A stretch of 60,912 bases of DNA from a virus (Duplodnaviria > Caudoviricetes): IMG/VR virus record IMGVR_UViG_3300038620_000113, positions 1 through 60,912 of that record; one strand, written 5' to 3'. The notes under the pieces were generated by a model. The model saw only the letters and a list, made by a program, of their open reading frames with translations, did not search any database and was not told the origin of the DNA. Of this stretch, positions 21,103 through 30,758 are shown one piece after another; positions within the stretch are counted from its first letter, which is position 1, and every line of letters begins with the position of its first letter. The translations under genes were made by a program, and so were the position numbers.

Positions 21103-21432
21103 ATGAGAATTAAAGAATTGCATAAGTATTTAAGTGATGGACTCACTTTTGATTTGAATAAAAAAGCAGTTGTAAATAAAAGTTATGTTACTTTTAGTGA
21201 ATGGCAACCTGATGTTGTAAGGGAACGAGCAGGCCATACTAATAGCTATTTTCCTCATTTAATACCAGTTGATGTGGGGGTTGGAATAACATGGAGTGAA
21301 TTAAAACGCCGACTCGAAGAAATTAAAAGTAACAACTATGCGTTGTATTGTTCATGTAATGTATTCTTTTTGAAAGAAAATGAAGATTGTAATGGAGAAT
21401 ATCACGTAGAAGAACTTTTTTTACAAAAATAA
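21103..21432 (+). CDS. hypothetical protein
   Basis: ORF following nrdA. Confidence 0.55.
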   Translation: MRIKELHKYLSDGLTFDLNKKAVVNKSYVTFSEWQPDVVRERAGHTNSYFPHLIPVDVGVGITWSELKRRLEEIKSNNYALYCSCNVFFLKENEDCNGEYHVEELFLQK

Positions 21433-21462
21433 ATAAATAAATAACAAAAAAAAACAATAATT

Positions 21463-22206
21463 ATGAGAAGCAAACTACCTACATTTAATGAATTTATCAA
21501 AGAAAGTAAAACCAATGAAAGTTTTAGTTTTTCTAATTTTGATGTTGATGAAGTAGCAACAGCTATAGCAGATAACGTAAACGATAGAGCACTTAAAATG
21601 GCTATGAAAGATGCAGCAGATGAACATAACATAAAATTTAAATCTACTGGAAATTTAGAAGAAGATTTAATTGGTCTGTTGGATGAAGCAGAAATTATGC
21701 GTGGAACTTCATTCAAAGAAAAAGTTATGAAACATATTATTGAAGTTGCCGAAACTAAAGATATGAATGGAGTAGAAGCTGCAGAAGAGGTTTTAGGGGA
21801 AAGTAAAACCAATGAAAGTTTTGAAGGTTTTAACTTGGATTATGACAGTATTAAACATGAGGGTAATATAGTAGAAGCCCTAGCAGATAATGTAAATGAT
21901 AAGGTTCTTAAAATGGCCATAAAAGATGCAGCAAGATTTTATGGTTTTGAATTTAAAGTCACGGGAAATGTAGAAACAGATTTATATAATATATTGGATG
22001 AAGCAGAAAATCCAAGTGTACCATCAGATTTAGACGGAGTTGAGTTTAAAACCCAAGTTCTTGAATACATTATTCAAACGGCTAAAAAGAAAGATATGAA
22101 TGGAGTAGAAGCAGCAGCAGATGATTTCAACGATAGTAAGAACTCAAACCCAGATAAGTACGATAAAGCTGAAAAGTTTGCTTTAAGGAACACAAGGATG
22201 CCATAA
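21463..22206 (+). CDS. putative internal head protein with duplicated domain
   Basis: leader MRSKLPTFNEFIKE; two ESKTNESF..ADNVND..KMA.KDAA..KDMNGVEAA repeats. Confidence 0.65.
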   Translation: MRSKLPTFNEFIKESKTNESFSFSNFDVDEVATAIADNVNDRALKMAMKDAADEHNIKFKSTGNLEEDLIGLLDEAEIMRGTSFKEKVMKHIIEVAETKDMNGVEAAEEVLGESKTNESFEGFNLDYDSIKHEGNIVEALADNVNDKVLKMAIKDAARFYGFEFKVTGNVETDLYNILDEAENPSVPSDLDGVEFKTQVLEYIIQTAKKKDMNGVEAAADDFNDSKNSNPDKYDKAEKFALRNTRMP

Positions 22207-22284
22207 TATACTTTATAGTTATTTCTGTAAGAGTGATGCAAAATAAGATATATTAGATAAATTCAAATTAAATAAAATATATAG

Positions 22285-22369
22285 AATCAAATTCTAAGCG
22301 GCTTTGAAAGCCGCTTTTTTTATTATTGAACTTTGTAACATTTTTAAATTTTTATCGTTATAAATATAG
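22285..22369 (+). repeat. terminator + promoter block, copy 1
   Basis: AAGCGGCTTT/AAAGCCGCTTTTTT hairpin, TGTAAC-N16-CGTTA and TATAAATA; near-identical to 23624-23707. Confidence 0.8.
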
Positions 22370-22395
22370 ATAAATTAAACAAAATATATAAAAAT

Positions 22396-23124
22396 ATGAG
22401 TAAATCAAATCACTACATATCTGGAGTAGAACTCTGGAAAGAAATGAAATACTGCAATCAACAGGGTGAACTTACAGATAAGGCAGTGGATATGTTTATA
22501 AAACTTTCAAAACATCTTATTGAAAATAAAAATTACTTTAATTTTTATAGTGATGACGATAAAGAAGATGGCATCCAAGGTGGAATTTTAGATGCTTATA
22601 GGTATTGGCAAAACTTTTTACCTTACAATAAAAACCTTATTAAGAAGCTTATAGAATTGGAACTTTGGAAATTCAATTATTATGAACTCTGTTCAAAAGG
22701 AAACTGCCCATCTAAATCAATGGCGCCAAAACGGTTATTTGTAAACAGCAATGAAATTGATAATTCGTTAACAGAACTATGGAGATATGATAACAAAAAT
22801 ACTAATGAAGTTCGTTATTATAATAATTTTTATGATATTGATTGGTATGTAGAAGATGTTTACCCTTTAATTGTTTGGTCTAATGAACAAGAAAATGTTA
22901 GAAAACAACTTTATGAAAATGATAACATTCAAGTAATATCTGAAATACCAGATGATATTAAAAGTGAGTTTAATACAGTTACTAGTATTAAAAGTAATGC
23001 TTTTGCTTATTTTAGTCAAGTTATTAAGTTTGGAATAACAAAACAATGGAAAACTATTTACAATATTCGTTCTAATAAAAAGATTTCGCTTTCAACTGAA
23101 GATGATTATACTTTACAAATTTAA
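22396..23124 (+). CDS. late-transcription sigma factor (T4 gp55-like) with insertion
   Basis: NHYI, EDGIQ.G..D..RYWQNF, NAFAYFSQVI. Confidence 0.75.
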   Translation: MSKSNHYISGVELWKEMKYCNQQGELTDKAVDMFIKLSKHLIENKNYFNFYSDDDKEDGIQGGILDAYRYWQNFLPYNKNLIKKLIELELWKFNYYELCSKGNCPSKSMAPKRLFVNSNEIDNSLTELWRYDNKNTNEVRYYNNFYDIDWYVEDVYPLIVWSNEQENVRKQLYENDNIQVISEIPDDIKSEFNTVTSIKSNAFAYFSQVIKFGITKQWKTIYNIRSNKKISLSTEDDYTLQI

Positions 23125-23162
23125 TTTTTTTTTAATAAATAAATAACAAAAAAACAATAATT

Positions 23163-23579
23163 TTGAGAAGTAAACTACCTACATTCAATCAATTTATCAA
23201 AGAAAGTAAATCCATCTATTTAAAAGAGGATATTTCTGCGTCTGATATTGATCCCATGTTAAAAGAATTTGTAAAAAAATCAGAAGACTTTCAAGAAATA
23301 CTTAAAAAATACGGTGCTCCAGATGCTGAGTCAGAAGAAGCAGTTATGATTGCCATGCAAAAACTTATTAATAAACATTTTCGTGGAAAAGCAGAAATTT
23401 TAGCAACGTTTATGCTTGATGGTAGAGAAAAAAGTATACCACTTGCTAGAGTTATAGAAAAAGAAGCAAAAAATTATAGTAGTTCAATTGGTCTTGCATC
23501 AATACATCCTTCCACAATGGAGAAGTTAGCTAAAGAGTTACTTGATGGTCTTAAACATTATATTGCGTCTAACTATTGA
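23163..23579 (+). CDS. putative internal head protein (TTG start)
   Basis: leader MRSKLPTFNQFIKE; 5' DNA nearly identical to the 21463 gene. Confidence 0.6.
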   Translation: MRSKLPTFNQFIKESKSIYLKEDISASDIDPMLKEFVKKSEDFQEILKKYGAPDAESEEAVMIAMQKLINKHFRGKAEILATFMLDGREKSIPLARVIEKEAKNYSSSIGLASIHPSTMEKLAKELLDGLKHYIASNY

Positions 23580-23623
23580 ACCGGAAGAACTAAACAAAAC
23601 CTTGTTAAATTAAACACCCACAA

Positions 23624-23707
23624 AATCAAATTTTAAGCGGCTTTTAAGCCGCTTTTTTTATTATTAAACTTTGTAACATTTTTAAATTTTTATCGTTATA
23701 AATATAG
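23624..23707 (+). repeat. terminator + promoter block, copy 2
   Basis: near-identical to 22285-22369. Confidence 0.8.
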
Positions 23708-23739
23708 GAAATAAATACATTAAATAAAACAGACTTATA

Positions 23740-24555
23740 TTGGAAGAAAAAAATGATAAAAAAACACAAGAAAATGTTGCCAGTCAGTTAGACAACATTC
23801 TTAAAGAAACTGAAATCGAAGGGCAACAATCCAGTTCTGGTGAAATTGTAGATAATTCTGAACTTGTTCAAAAGTTTGAAAATGAAACACAAGAGCAAAA
23901 AGATAAAGCTGGTGAAAAAGCTAAAAGCACAATTATAAGTATTGCTAAGCTGTATTTTACAGAAGAACTGTTAAACTCTTATCCAAGCATTTATGAAAAA
24001 ATGCAAATTGATATTGATTCTTTAGCTGAACTATTATATCAAATGGATTCTATAAGTTCTGTAGTAGAAATGATGCGTAGGTTAATACAACTGGGAGAAG
24101 CAACACAACCCAGATTTTTTGAAGTGTTTACAAATTCTATTAAAGAATCAAAAGATCTTTCGGTTCAAAAGTCCGAATTTATATCTTCAGTTGAACATTC
24201 ATATCAAAAACTTCGAGATGAAATAAAAGAACAAAGAGAGTTAGAAGGAAATTACGAAATTAATGCGGTTGAAAACTATGAAAATCAAAAACGTAAAATT
24301 CAAGTTAGCAGTGTTAAAGAACTTGCTGAATTAATTAAGGAGGGTGATGAAAGTAGTATTAAAGGGCGTTTCAAAAAACTTGAAAAAGGTAAACCTAGAG
24401 ATCCATCGGTTAAGTCATCGGAAAATAAACAGGCACCAACAGAATATGTTGAAGAAATGAAAAAAAGAAACGAAGAAGAACGTGATGATGAATCATATAT
24501 AGAAAGCGAGATTGATGACTATTTTAATAAATCAAGTTCCGAATTTACAGACTAA
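23740..24555 (+). CDS. putative terminase small subunit (gp16-like)
   Basis: QPRFFEV motif; immediately upstream of TerL fragment. Confidence 0.55.
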   Translation: MEEKNDKKTQENVASQLDNILKETEIEGQQSSSGEIVDNSELVQKFENETQEQKDKAGEKAKSTIISIAKLYFTEELLNSYPSIYEKMQIDIDSLAELLYQMDSISSVVEMMRRLIQLGEATQPRFFEVFTNSIKESKDLSVQKSEFISSVEHSYQKLRDEIKEQRELEGNYEINAVENYENQKRKIQVSSVKELAELIKEGDESSIKGRFKKLEKGKPRDPSVKSSENKQAPTEYVEEMKKRNEEERDDESYIESEIDDYFNKSSSEFTD

Positions 24556-25111
24556 AAAAAGTAAAAAATTGAAATCAAATATTTATAAAAGTGATAGGAA
24601 TGATGAAGAAAAGAATAAAAACAGGATATGGACAACCGAAGAAGTTAATAATTTAATTCACTTAATAAGAGATAAAGGTTATAATCCTAAAAACCATCCG
24701 TTTTTTGAAGGGAATCCAAACTGGAAAGCTCCGGGTATTAATTATGAATACACTGAAGAAGAATTTATTGAATGTATAAAGTGTAGCAGGGATGTTGTAT
24801 ATTTTGCAAACAACTATGCTTATTCTATGACTGATGAAGGTGTTAGACAACTAAACCTTCGAGACTATCAGGAAGATGTTTTAGAAACATATCAAAATTA
24901 TCAACACATTGTATTTCTTTCATCTAGACAAATGGGAAAATGCATTGATGGACTTGAAACACTAATGCTTAAAAACATTAATAATCGAATGGAAATCGAA
25001 TTACCGATATTTGAATTATTTTATCAAGAAAAACAAAAACATAAAAAATTAAATATTTTTGATAAAATAGTTTATAATTTGTATAATCTACTTTTTAAAC
25101 TAAATAAATAA
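24512..25111 (+). CDS. terminase large subunit N-terminal fragment fused to probable split-intein N-half
   Basis: KCSRDVVYF..Y, LRDYQ, SRQMGK followed by C(24941)IDGLETL.. and stop after 56 aa. Confidence 0.8.
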   Translation: MMTILINQVPNLQTKKSKKLKSNIYKSDRNDEEKNKNRIWTTEEVNNLIHLIRDKGYNPKNHPFFEGNPNWKAPGINYEYTEEEFIECIKCSRDVVYFANNYAYSMTDEGVRQLNLRDYQEDVLETYQNYQHIVFLSSRQMGKCIDGLETLMLKNINNRMEIELPIFELFYQEKQKHKKLNIFDKIVYNLYNLLFKLNK

Positions 25112-25122
25112 CATAAAAAAAT

Positions 25123-26133
25123 ATGTCAGATCAAAACCAAGATTTTTATCGCAATATCGCAGAGCAAAAAGAAAATGAAGGAAAACAACAATCCCAGTCA
25201 GAACAAGACCTTGGATATGTTGATCCACAGCACCAACAAAAAGGAATGGAAGAAAAGGCTAAAGAAATAGATCAAAGGGTTGAATATACTGTAGGAACAC
25301 AACCCGTGAATATGGACGATCTTCCATCAAAGGGATATTTTTATCCGAAAGAAACACAAATTGGAATTAAAGCTGCAACAACAGAAGAAATTCGCCACTT
25401 TTCATCAATGGATGAAACCGATAGTGTTGATTTTATGAATAAGCTTAATATGATTCTTAACAAGTGTGTTGAAATGTGGGTTAATGGAAGTAAAGTTAGC
25501 TATAAAAACTTATTGGAAGTAGATCGTTTTTATTTGGTTTTTGCAGTACGTGATTTTACTTTTAAGGATAAGCCTAATAAATTAACAATTAAAGGTGATG
25601 ATGGTTCAGGTAGTACGTTTGATATTGAATTGACTTCAGCGATATTTCCAACACTTGAAATTCCCGAAAAACTAAAACCTTTTTATAGTGAACAAGAAAG
25701 ATGCTTTGTTTTTAAGTCTAAGCATGAAGAGGTTGGAGAATTTAGAATATATGTTCCACAAGTTGGTTCAGGTCAATCACTCGTTGATTATATGCGAGAA
25801 AAACAGCGAAATAATGAATCTTATGATGCGTCTGCATTAAAGTATGTTCCTTACATCGCTAAGCATTATAAAGAAATATCTACAAATGATAAAATTGAAA
25901 TGAAAATGGGTGAGGTTAAAGGATGGTCATACAAAAAAGAACAGTATATCCTTGATGCAGTTCAACATTTAGAAGAATCCTATATGGATCTTGGTTATAT
26001 TATTACAGATGAAGAAGGCCGTCCACCACACCATAAAAACTTCAGCGGTGAAGAGGTCCGCACCCCAATATCGTTTCCGAGGGGATTCAAGGCTCTATTT
26101 ATCGAAGAGGATGCACTATCAGAGTTTGAATAA
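25123..26133 (+). CDS. baseplate hub protein (T4 gp26-like)
   Basis: LPSKGYFYP, DRFYLVFAVRDFTF. Confidence 0.65.
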   Translation: MSDQNQDFYRNIAEQKENEGKQQSQSEQDLGYVDPQHQQKGMEEKAKEIDQRVEYTVGTQPVNMDDLPSKGYFYPKETQIGIKAATTEEIRHFSSMDETDSVDFMNKLNMILNKCVEMWVNGSKVSYKNLLEVDRFYLVFAVRDFTFKDKPNKLTIKGDDGSGSTFDIELTSAIFPTLEIPEKLKPFYSEQERCFVFKSKHEEVGEFRIYVPQVGSGQSLVDYMREKQRNNESYDASALKYVPYIAKHYKEISTNDKIEMKMGEVKGWSYKKEQYILDAVQHLEESYMDLGYIITDEEGRPPHHKNFSGEEVRTPISFPRGFKALFIEEDALSEFE

Positions 26134-26172
26134 TATTACTGATCTGGAATGGCAGCTTATAAGTTGCTTTCA

Positions 26173-26449
26173 AATGTTTCAATTCGATATTACTACCCTT
26201 GAAAAAAACATATTTCAAATTAGTAAATATGTTGAAGGTATGAATCCCAATACATTTGAAAAATGGCCGTTTTGGCGAGTTCAAATGTTTTGGGATAATA
26301 CAAAAGAAGCTATTGAAGAAGAAAAACGTCAACGCGATGAACAAGAAAAACAACAAAATACAAAAAGCGCTGATTCCGAGCGGCGTAAGCAAATGAGTGA
26401 TGCTAAAAAGTCTATGCCTTCCATGCCAAAAACACCAAAAATCAAGTGA
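26173..26449 (+). CDS. baseplate hub assembly protein (gp51-like); likely real start within ORF 25991..26449
   Basis: FEKWPFWRVQMF followed by coiled coil; follows gp26-like gene. Confidence 0.5.
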
Positions 26450-26477
26450 GGTTCCAAAAAATCTCACTTGATTTTTT
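26439..26477. terminator. bidirectional terminator between convergent genes
   Basis: AAATCAAGTGAG..CTCACTTGATTT hairpin with A/T tails. Confidence 0.7.
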
Positions 26478-26503
26478 ATGTTTAAGATTTTTTATTTTTT
26501 CCT

Positions 26504-26870
26504 TTAATATATTTTTTTAAATGTTTTTCTATATGATGTTTTAAAATCAGTCATAATTATATAGTCTATAAAAGCTATAGCATAGGGAATATTAGAATAT
26601 GTGTTTATTGAATAATACTCTAAATTCACTGGATCATCGATTCTTTCATGCTTGAAATGAAATCTAAATTCATCTATTTTTTTATTGTGATATAGATATA
26701 TAAAATCTAAATGTGAAAACTTATTAATACATTTATTATTAACCATATAAGTTAATGATTTTGGCATAAAATATGAGCTTGAATTGTCAATATTTTTTAG
26801 AATAAAGTTATTGTATTTTTTTGTTTTTTTGCAAAAAATTTCCGAACATATATTTTTTTGTGTTTACCAT
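26504..26870 (-). pseudogene. MVNxKK/DGP paralog, frameshifted in A-runs
   Basis: MVNTKK start at 26870; other frame KYNNFIL..ERIDDPVNLE aligns with the 26883 protein. Confidence 0.5.
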
Positions 26871-26882
26871 TTTAATTAAATT

Positions 26883-27323
26883 TTATTTGTGTGGGTTAAT
26901 ACTAGTTTTATTTAATGTGTTTGTATTGAATACTTTTTTTGTTTTTTGTTTTATAACTTCTTGTATAAGCTGATTTCTGGTTAATTCATTAATATAAGAA
27001 ATATTACTTGCAAGATAAAATTTATGGGATATAGAAATGTGAAATTCTAAAGTTACTGGTCCGTCTATTTTTGGTTTATTAAATTCAATTAAAATTTCAA
27101 CTAGCTCTGCACGGTGAACTTTACCCCCTGAATACTTATATCTTAACTTTGAAAGTTTTTTCGGATGATTTATAGATTTTAAAATGTTAAAGTTGCTTAC
27201 ATGACTATACATTTTATTGCAACTCATGTTTTTATCATAAACACTGCGTAAAATATAGTTATTATACTTTTCTTTTTGTTTATTAACATAACTTAAAAAT
27301 ATTTCTTTTTTGTTGTTTACCAT
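26883..27323 (-). CDS. hypothetical protein (MVNxKK/DGP family)
   Basis: MVNNKK, KIDGPVTLE. Confidence 0.55.
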   Translation of the reverse strand: MVNNKKEIFLSYVNKQKEKYNNYILRSVYDKNMSCNKMYSHVSNFNILKSINHPKKLSKLRYKYSGGKVHRAELVEILIEFNKPKIDGPVTLEFHISISHKFYLASNISYINELTRNQLIQEVIKQKTKKVFNTNTLNKTSINPHK

Positions 27324-27325
27324 TT

Positions 27326-27772
27326 TTAATTGTTTTTGTTTGTTAATAAAGCTTTTTTAATTTTTAACCTTTTAACCATACTAATAAATTCTGACTTTGT
27401 AACTTGGTTAAAACGGTTAACTTGACTTATTGGTTTTGATAAAAAATCATAATATTTTACTTTTTGAACTTCGGGTATGTCATTATTTTCATTAGATACC
27501 AAATGGACTTCGGCAGGTCTTTCCAAGTCATAGTTAAATACATGATAATATAGAATCACCTTACTTTGATTTAAGTAATCGTTCATGTACTGAATATAAA
27601 TAGGTTTATGTAACACTTTAAATTTATTTATACTTGATTTATTGGTATAACTTTCATAATAACACGGTGGAACCTTTGATAACTCCAACTCACGAAACGT
27701 GATTGTATCAATAATATTTTTTTTTACTATTATTCCGTTGTACGTAATCTTCCTACTTTTTTTGTTTATCAT
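27326..27772 (-). CDS. hypothetical protein (likely same family)
   Basis: MINKK, LERPAEV, C-terminal RLKIKKAL. Confidence 0.5.
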   Translation of the reverse strand: MINKKSRKITYNGIIVKKNIIDTITFRELELSKVPPCYYESYTNKSSINKFKVLHKPIYIQYMNDYLNQSKVILYYHVFNYDLERPAEVHLVSNENNDIPEVQKVKYYDFLSKPISQVNRFNQVTKSEFISMVKRLKIKKALLTNKNN

Positions 27773-27820
27773 AGTTTCTTTATTTTATTGTAAATAAATA
27801 AAGAAAGAAAAGTAACAATT

Positions 27821-28537
27821 ATGAAAATTAAGTCATTTTATGAATTTGTTAATGAAAACTCAAGTTTTAATAACATTAATGATGAGTATGGAATTGTTTA
27901 TAATGTAGTTTTGCATATTGAAAACGATGCAAAAGATTTAAAAAAATTTTCATCTTTAAAAGATGCAAAGAAATTTGTTGACAATCTTAAACGTAAAGAA
28001 TTAAGTCTTGATGATAGATATCATAATGATACTGTAACAGTAACAATAGAAAAAACTGAATTGGAAAATGATGGAGATATCATAGATTCTGAAGAAGTTT
28101 ATAGTAAAAATTTTCCACCTGTTAATTATAAAAGTGATAAATTATTAGATGAGTTCAGAATAAAGTTTGTTGATAAATATTATGGTGGCAGATCTAGAAA
28201 TTATTATGATAACTATTTTGAAATTGATTTATTTACTGATGTTTATGATTATGACATAGATGTAGATAATGACGTATCTGTTGAAGTTAGAATTTCTGAC
28301 CATAGTGAAAATCCTGACAACATAGATCGCTACGGAATTCCACCAGATTATCACATATCAATTGTTATTGCAGATAAAGATATAACATTTGATAAATTTT
28401 ATTTGTCTAATACGTTAGACAAAAAACAAACTGAAGTGCAAGTTTGGTTTGATTCGGATTCAACAGTTAACGAAATAATGGACTGGTTAAAAAATACCTT
28501 TAACAAAATTAAAAAAATTGAAACAAGTGAAAAATAA
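27821..28537 (+). CDS. putative internal head protein
   Basis: leader MKIKSFYEFVNE; VRISDH motif. Confidence 0.6.
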   Translation: MKIKSFYEFVNENSSFNNINDEYGIVYNVVLHIENDAKDLKKFSSLKDAKKFVDNLKRKELSLDDRYHNDTVTVTIEKTELENDGDIIDSEEVYSKNFPPVNYKSDKLLDEFRIKFVDKYYGGRSRNYYDNYFEIDLFTDVYDYDIDVDNDVSVEVRISDHSENPDNIDRYGIPPDYHISIVIADKDITFDKFYLSNTLDKKQTEVQVWFDSDSTVNEIMDWLKNTFNKIKKIETSEK

Positions 28538-29528
28538 ACTAGTTACATTTAGTCAGTTTGTTAATGAAAAACGAAGAAACCCAGAGTTTAATAAAAAAGA
28601 AAATTTTATTGAATTTTTGCAAAGAGTTATAGGAGATGATCCAACTAATTGGTACATTTCTTTTAGAAACGAAGACAATGTTACTTTTACAAATCCTTTT
28701 ACTAAGTATGCTACACCTGCTGGGTATTATGCTTATCCCCTTTATGTTCATTCCCACCATAAAGAATCACTATACCAGACTTTAATTAATGCATGGAAGA
28801 GGCTTAATGATCCTAGCTTAGAATATGAAGAATCATTGGATTTAGAAAACAATCTTGAGCATTTTTATATTTATATAGCCGATATAATGCCTTATATATC
28901 ACCCGATCCAAAAGTTGTCCATCTATTAAAAACAAATGAAGAATCAGTCATTTTAACAGAAAGAACTCCTTACAGAGAAATTAAAAAGTATTTAGATAAG
29001 TTATTAAGTATCGTCAAAGAGTTTGATAATGAAATAAGAGATAGCTTCTATAAACTTTATACATTACTTTTTTATGGGTATGAAGGTTTTAATAAAGAAT
29101 ATAAAAATTTTCTTGAAGAAGAAGATTTAGATGAATTTGATGACGTCGATGAAGCTTTTGATATGTTATTCAACGTCCTTGATAAAAATATTAAAATGAT
29201 AGAAGATGTAAGTGAAGAAAGAAAAAATATAATTTATGGAATACTAGAAGATTATGAAAAAAACCCAAAATTTAAACATAAAAATTATGTGGGAGTATTA
29301 TTTAATTTAGTTATAGCATTGTCTATAATGAAGAAAGGGAAAACTGCGCCAAGACTATCTACAAATCTCTTTAAGAAATTGGGGATAGATGGATTTGTAG
29401 ATACTTTACATTCTTTTAATTATATTCATTCCGCAGAAGAACAACAAGCTGTCTTCTTTACTAGAAAAGTAATAGATGAATTAGAATCTAAAGACTTAAA
29501 ATTGGTACTTTATGGAAGTTACGAATAA
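28518..29528 (+). CDS. putative head-packaged ADP-ribosyltransferase-like protein, paralog 1
   Basis: TFSQFVNE-KRRNP; WYISFR, TPAGYYAYP, GIDGFVD, IHSAEEQQAVF. Confidence 0.5.
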   Translation: MKQVKNKLVTFSQFVNEKRRNPEFNKKENFIEFLQRVIGDDPTNWYISFRNEDNVTFTNPFTKYATPAGYYAYPLYVHSHHKESLYQTLINAWKRLNDPSLEYEESLDLENNLEHFYIYIADIMPYISPDPKVVHLLKTNEESVILTERTPYREIKKYLDKLLSIVKEFDNEIRDSFYKLYTLLFYGYEGFNKEYKNFLEEEDLDEFDDVDEAFDMLFNVLDKNIKMIEDVSEERKNIIYGILEDYEKNPKFKHKNYVGVLFNLVIALSIMKKGKTAPRLSTNLFKKLGIDGFVDTLHSFNYIHSAEEQQAVFFTRKVIDELESKDLKLVLYGSYE

Positions 29529-29549
29529 TAAATAGAAAAAACAATAATT

Positions 29550-30743
29550 ATGAAGATTAAGTCATTTTATGAATTTGTTAATGAAAGTTATAAATCGAGT
29601 GGTGAAAATCTTTCAGATTCTAAAGATTTCCAAAAAACACTTCCTAAAGAAATTAAGGATTTGGCTAATTTATTTGAAAAGCATGGTCATGAATTAATGG
29701 TAGTTGGTGGCGCGGTTCGCGATTTTCTTATGGGAAAAGAACCTAAGGATTATGATTTGGCTACTGATGCTAAACCCGATGAAATTGAAAACATACTTTC
29801 AAAACATTATAAAACGCTGGATGTTGGGAAACAGTTCGGTGTTATAGTTGCAGTTATTCCAAATTTTCCTGAAGGTGTTGAAATTGCTACTTATAGAGAA
29901 GATGTTTATTCAGATAATGATAAGGATTCCAGAAATCCGAGTTCCATAAAATATTCCACAATTGAAAAAGATGTTAGGCGTCGAGACTTAACACTAAATG
30001 CACTTTTTTATGATGTTGGTAAAAATCAATTTGTTGATTTAGTTGGTGGTAAAGAAGATATTGCTAATAAAGTAGTTGATACGGTTGGTAAAGCAGAAGA
30101 ACGATTTGAAGAAGATCCCCTACGAAAACTTCGTGCTATTCGGTTCACTGCAATAATGAAAGGCGATCTTAAAGATCATGTAAGTCGTGCTATTAAAAAG
30201 AACAACTTACTAACAGATGTTTCTAGGGAAAGAATTATAGAAGAATTTAGAAAAGGAATCGAAAAGTCAAAATCAACTGAATATTACTTGGAGCTTTTGG
30301 ATGAACATGGATTTTTAAGTCAGATATTTGTTGGTTATGAAACCAATAAAAACTTTATTGAATCTAATAAGTGGCGAATTGTTATGGCTGCTTTATTAAC
30401 TGATATAGATTCAGAACAACGTCTTAATATACTAAAAAAGATGAAACTTTCAAAACAAGATTTTAAGAGTATTGACTTATTAGCATCTTTAAAACATTTT
30501 GACCCCAAAGAAATTTATAGTTTCAAAAGAGCATTAGATAAAGTAAATGTTTCAAAATCTGAAGTTAACGAATTTGTAAAGAAGGTGGGTGGCAATAAAA
30601 ACATGATTATAAAAGCATTTGAATATGAATTGTCTATTGAACCTGAAAAGTTAATTCAAAAAGGTTATGAAAAACAAGAAATTGGTAAAAAACTAAAAGA
30701 ACTTGAATATCAAAACTTTTTGAAGTATTTAAAAAATAAATAA
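29550..30743 (+). CDS. cca: CCA-adding tRNA nucleotidyltransferase (class II) with head-targeting leader
   Basis: VGGAVRD, DYD, RRDLTLNAL, EDPLRKLRAIRF, SRERI. Confidence 0.9.
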   Translation: MKIKSFYEFVNESYKSSGENLSDSKDFQKTLPKEIKDLANLFEKHGHELMVVGGAVRDFLMGKEPKDYDLATDAKPDEIENILSKHYKTLDVGKQFGVIVAVIPNFPEGVEIATYREDVYSDNDKDSRNPSSIKYSTIEKDVRRRDLTLNALFYDVGKNQFVDLVGGKEDIANKVVDTVGKAEERFEEDPLRKLRAIRFTAIMKGDLKDHVSRAIKKNNLLTDVSRERIIEEFRKGIEKSKSTEYYLELLDEHGFLSQIFVGYETNKNFIESNKWRIVMAALLTDIDSEQRLNILKKMKLSKQDFKSIDLLASLKHFDPKEIYSFKRALDKVNVSKSEVNEFVKKVGGNKNMIIKAFEYELSIEPEKLIQKGYEKQEIGKKLKELEYQNFLKYLKNK

Positions 30744-30758
30744 AAAAAAAACAAAGCC

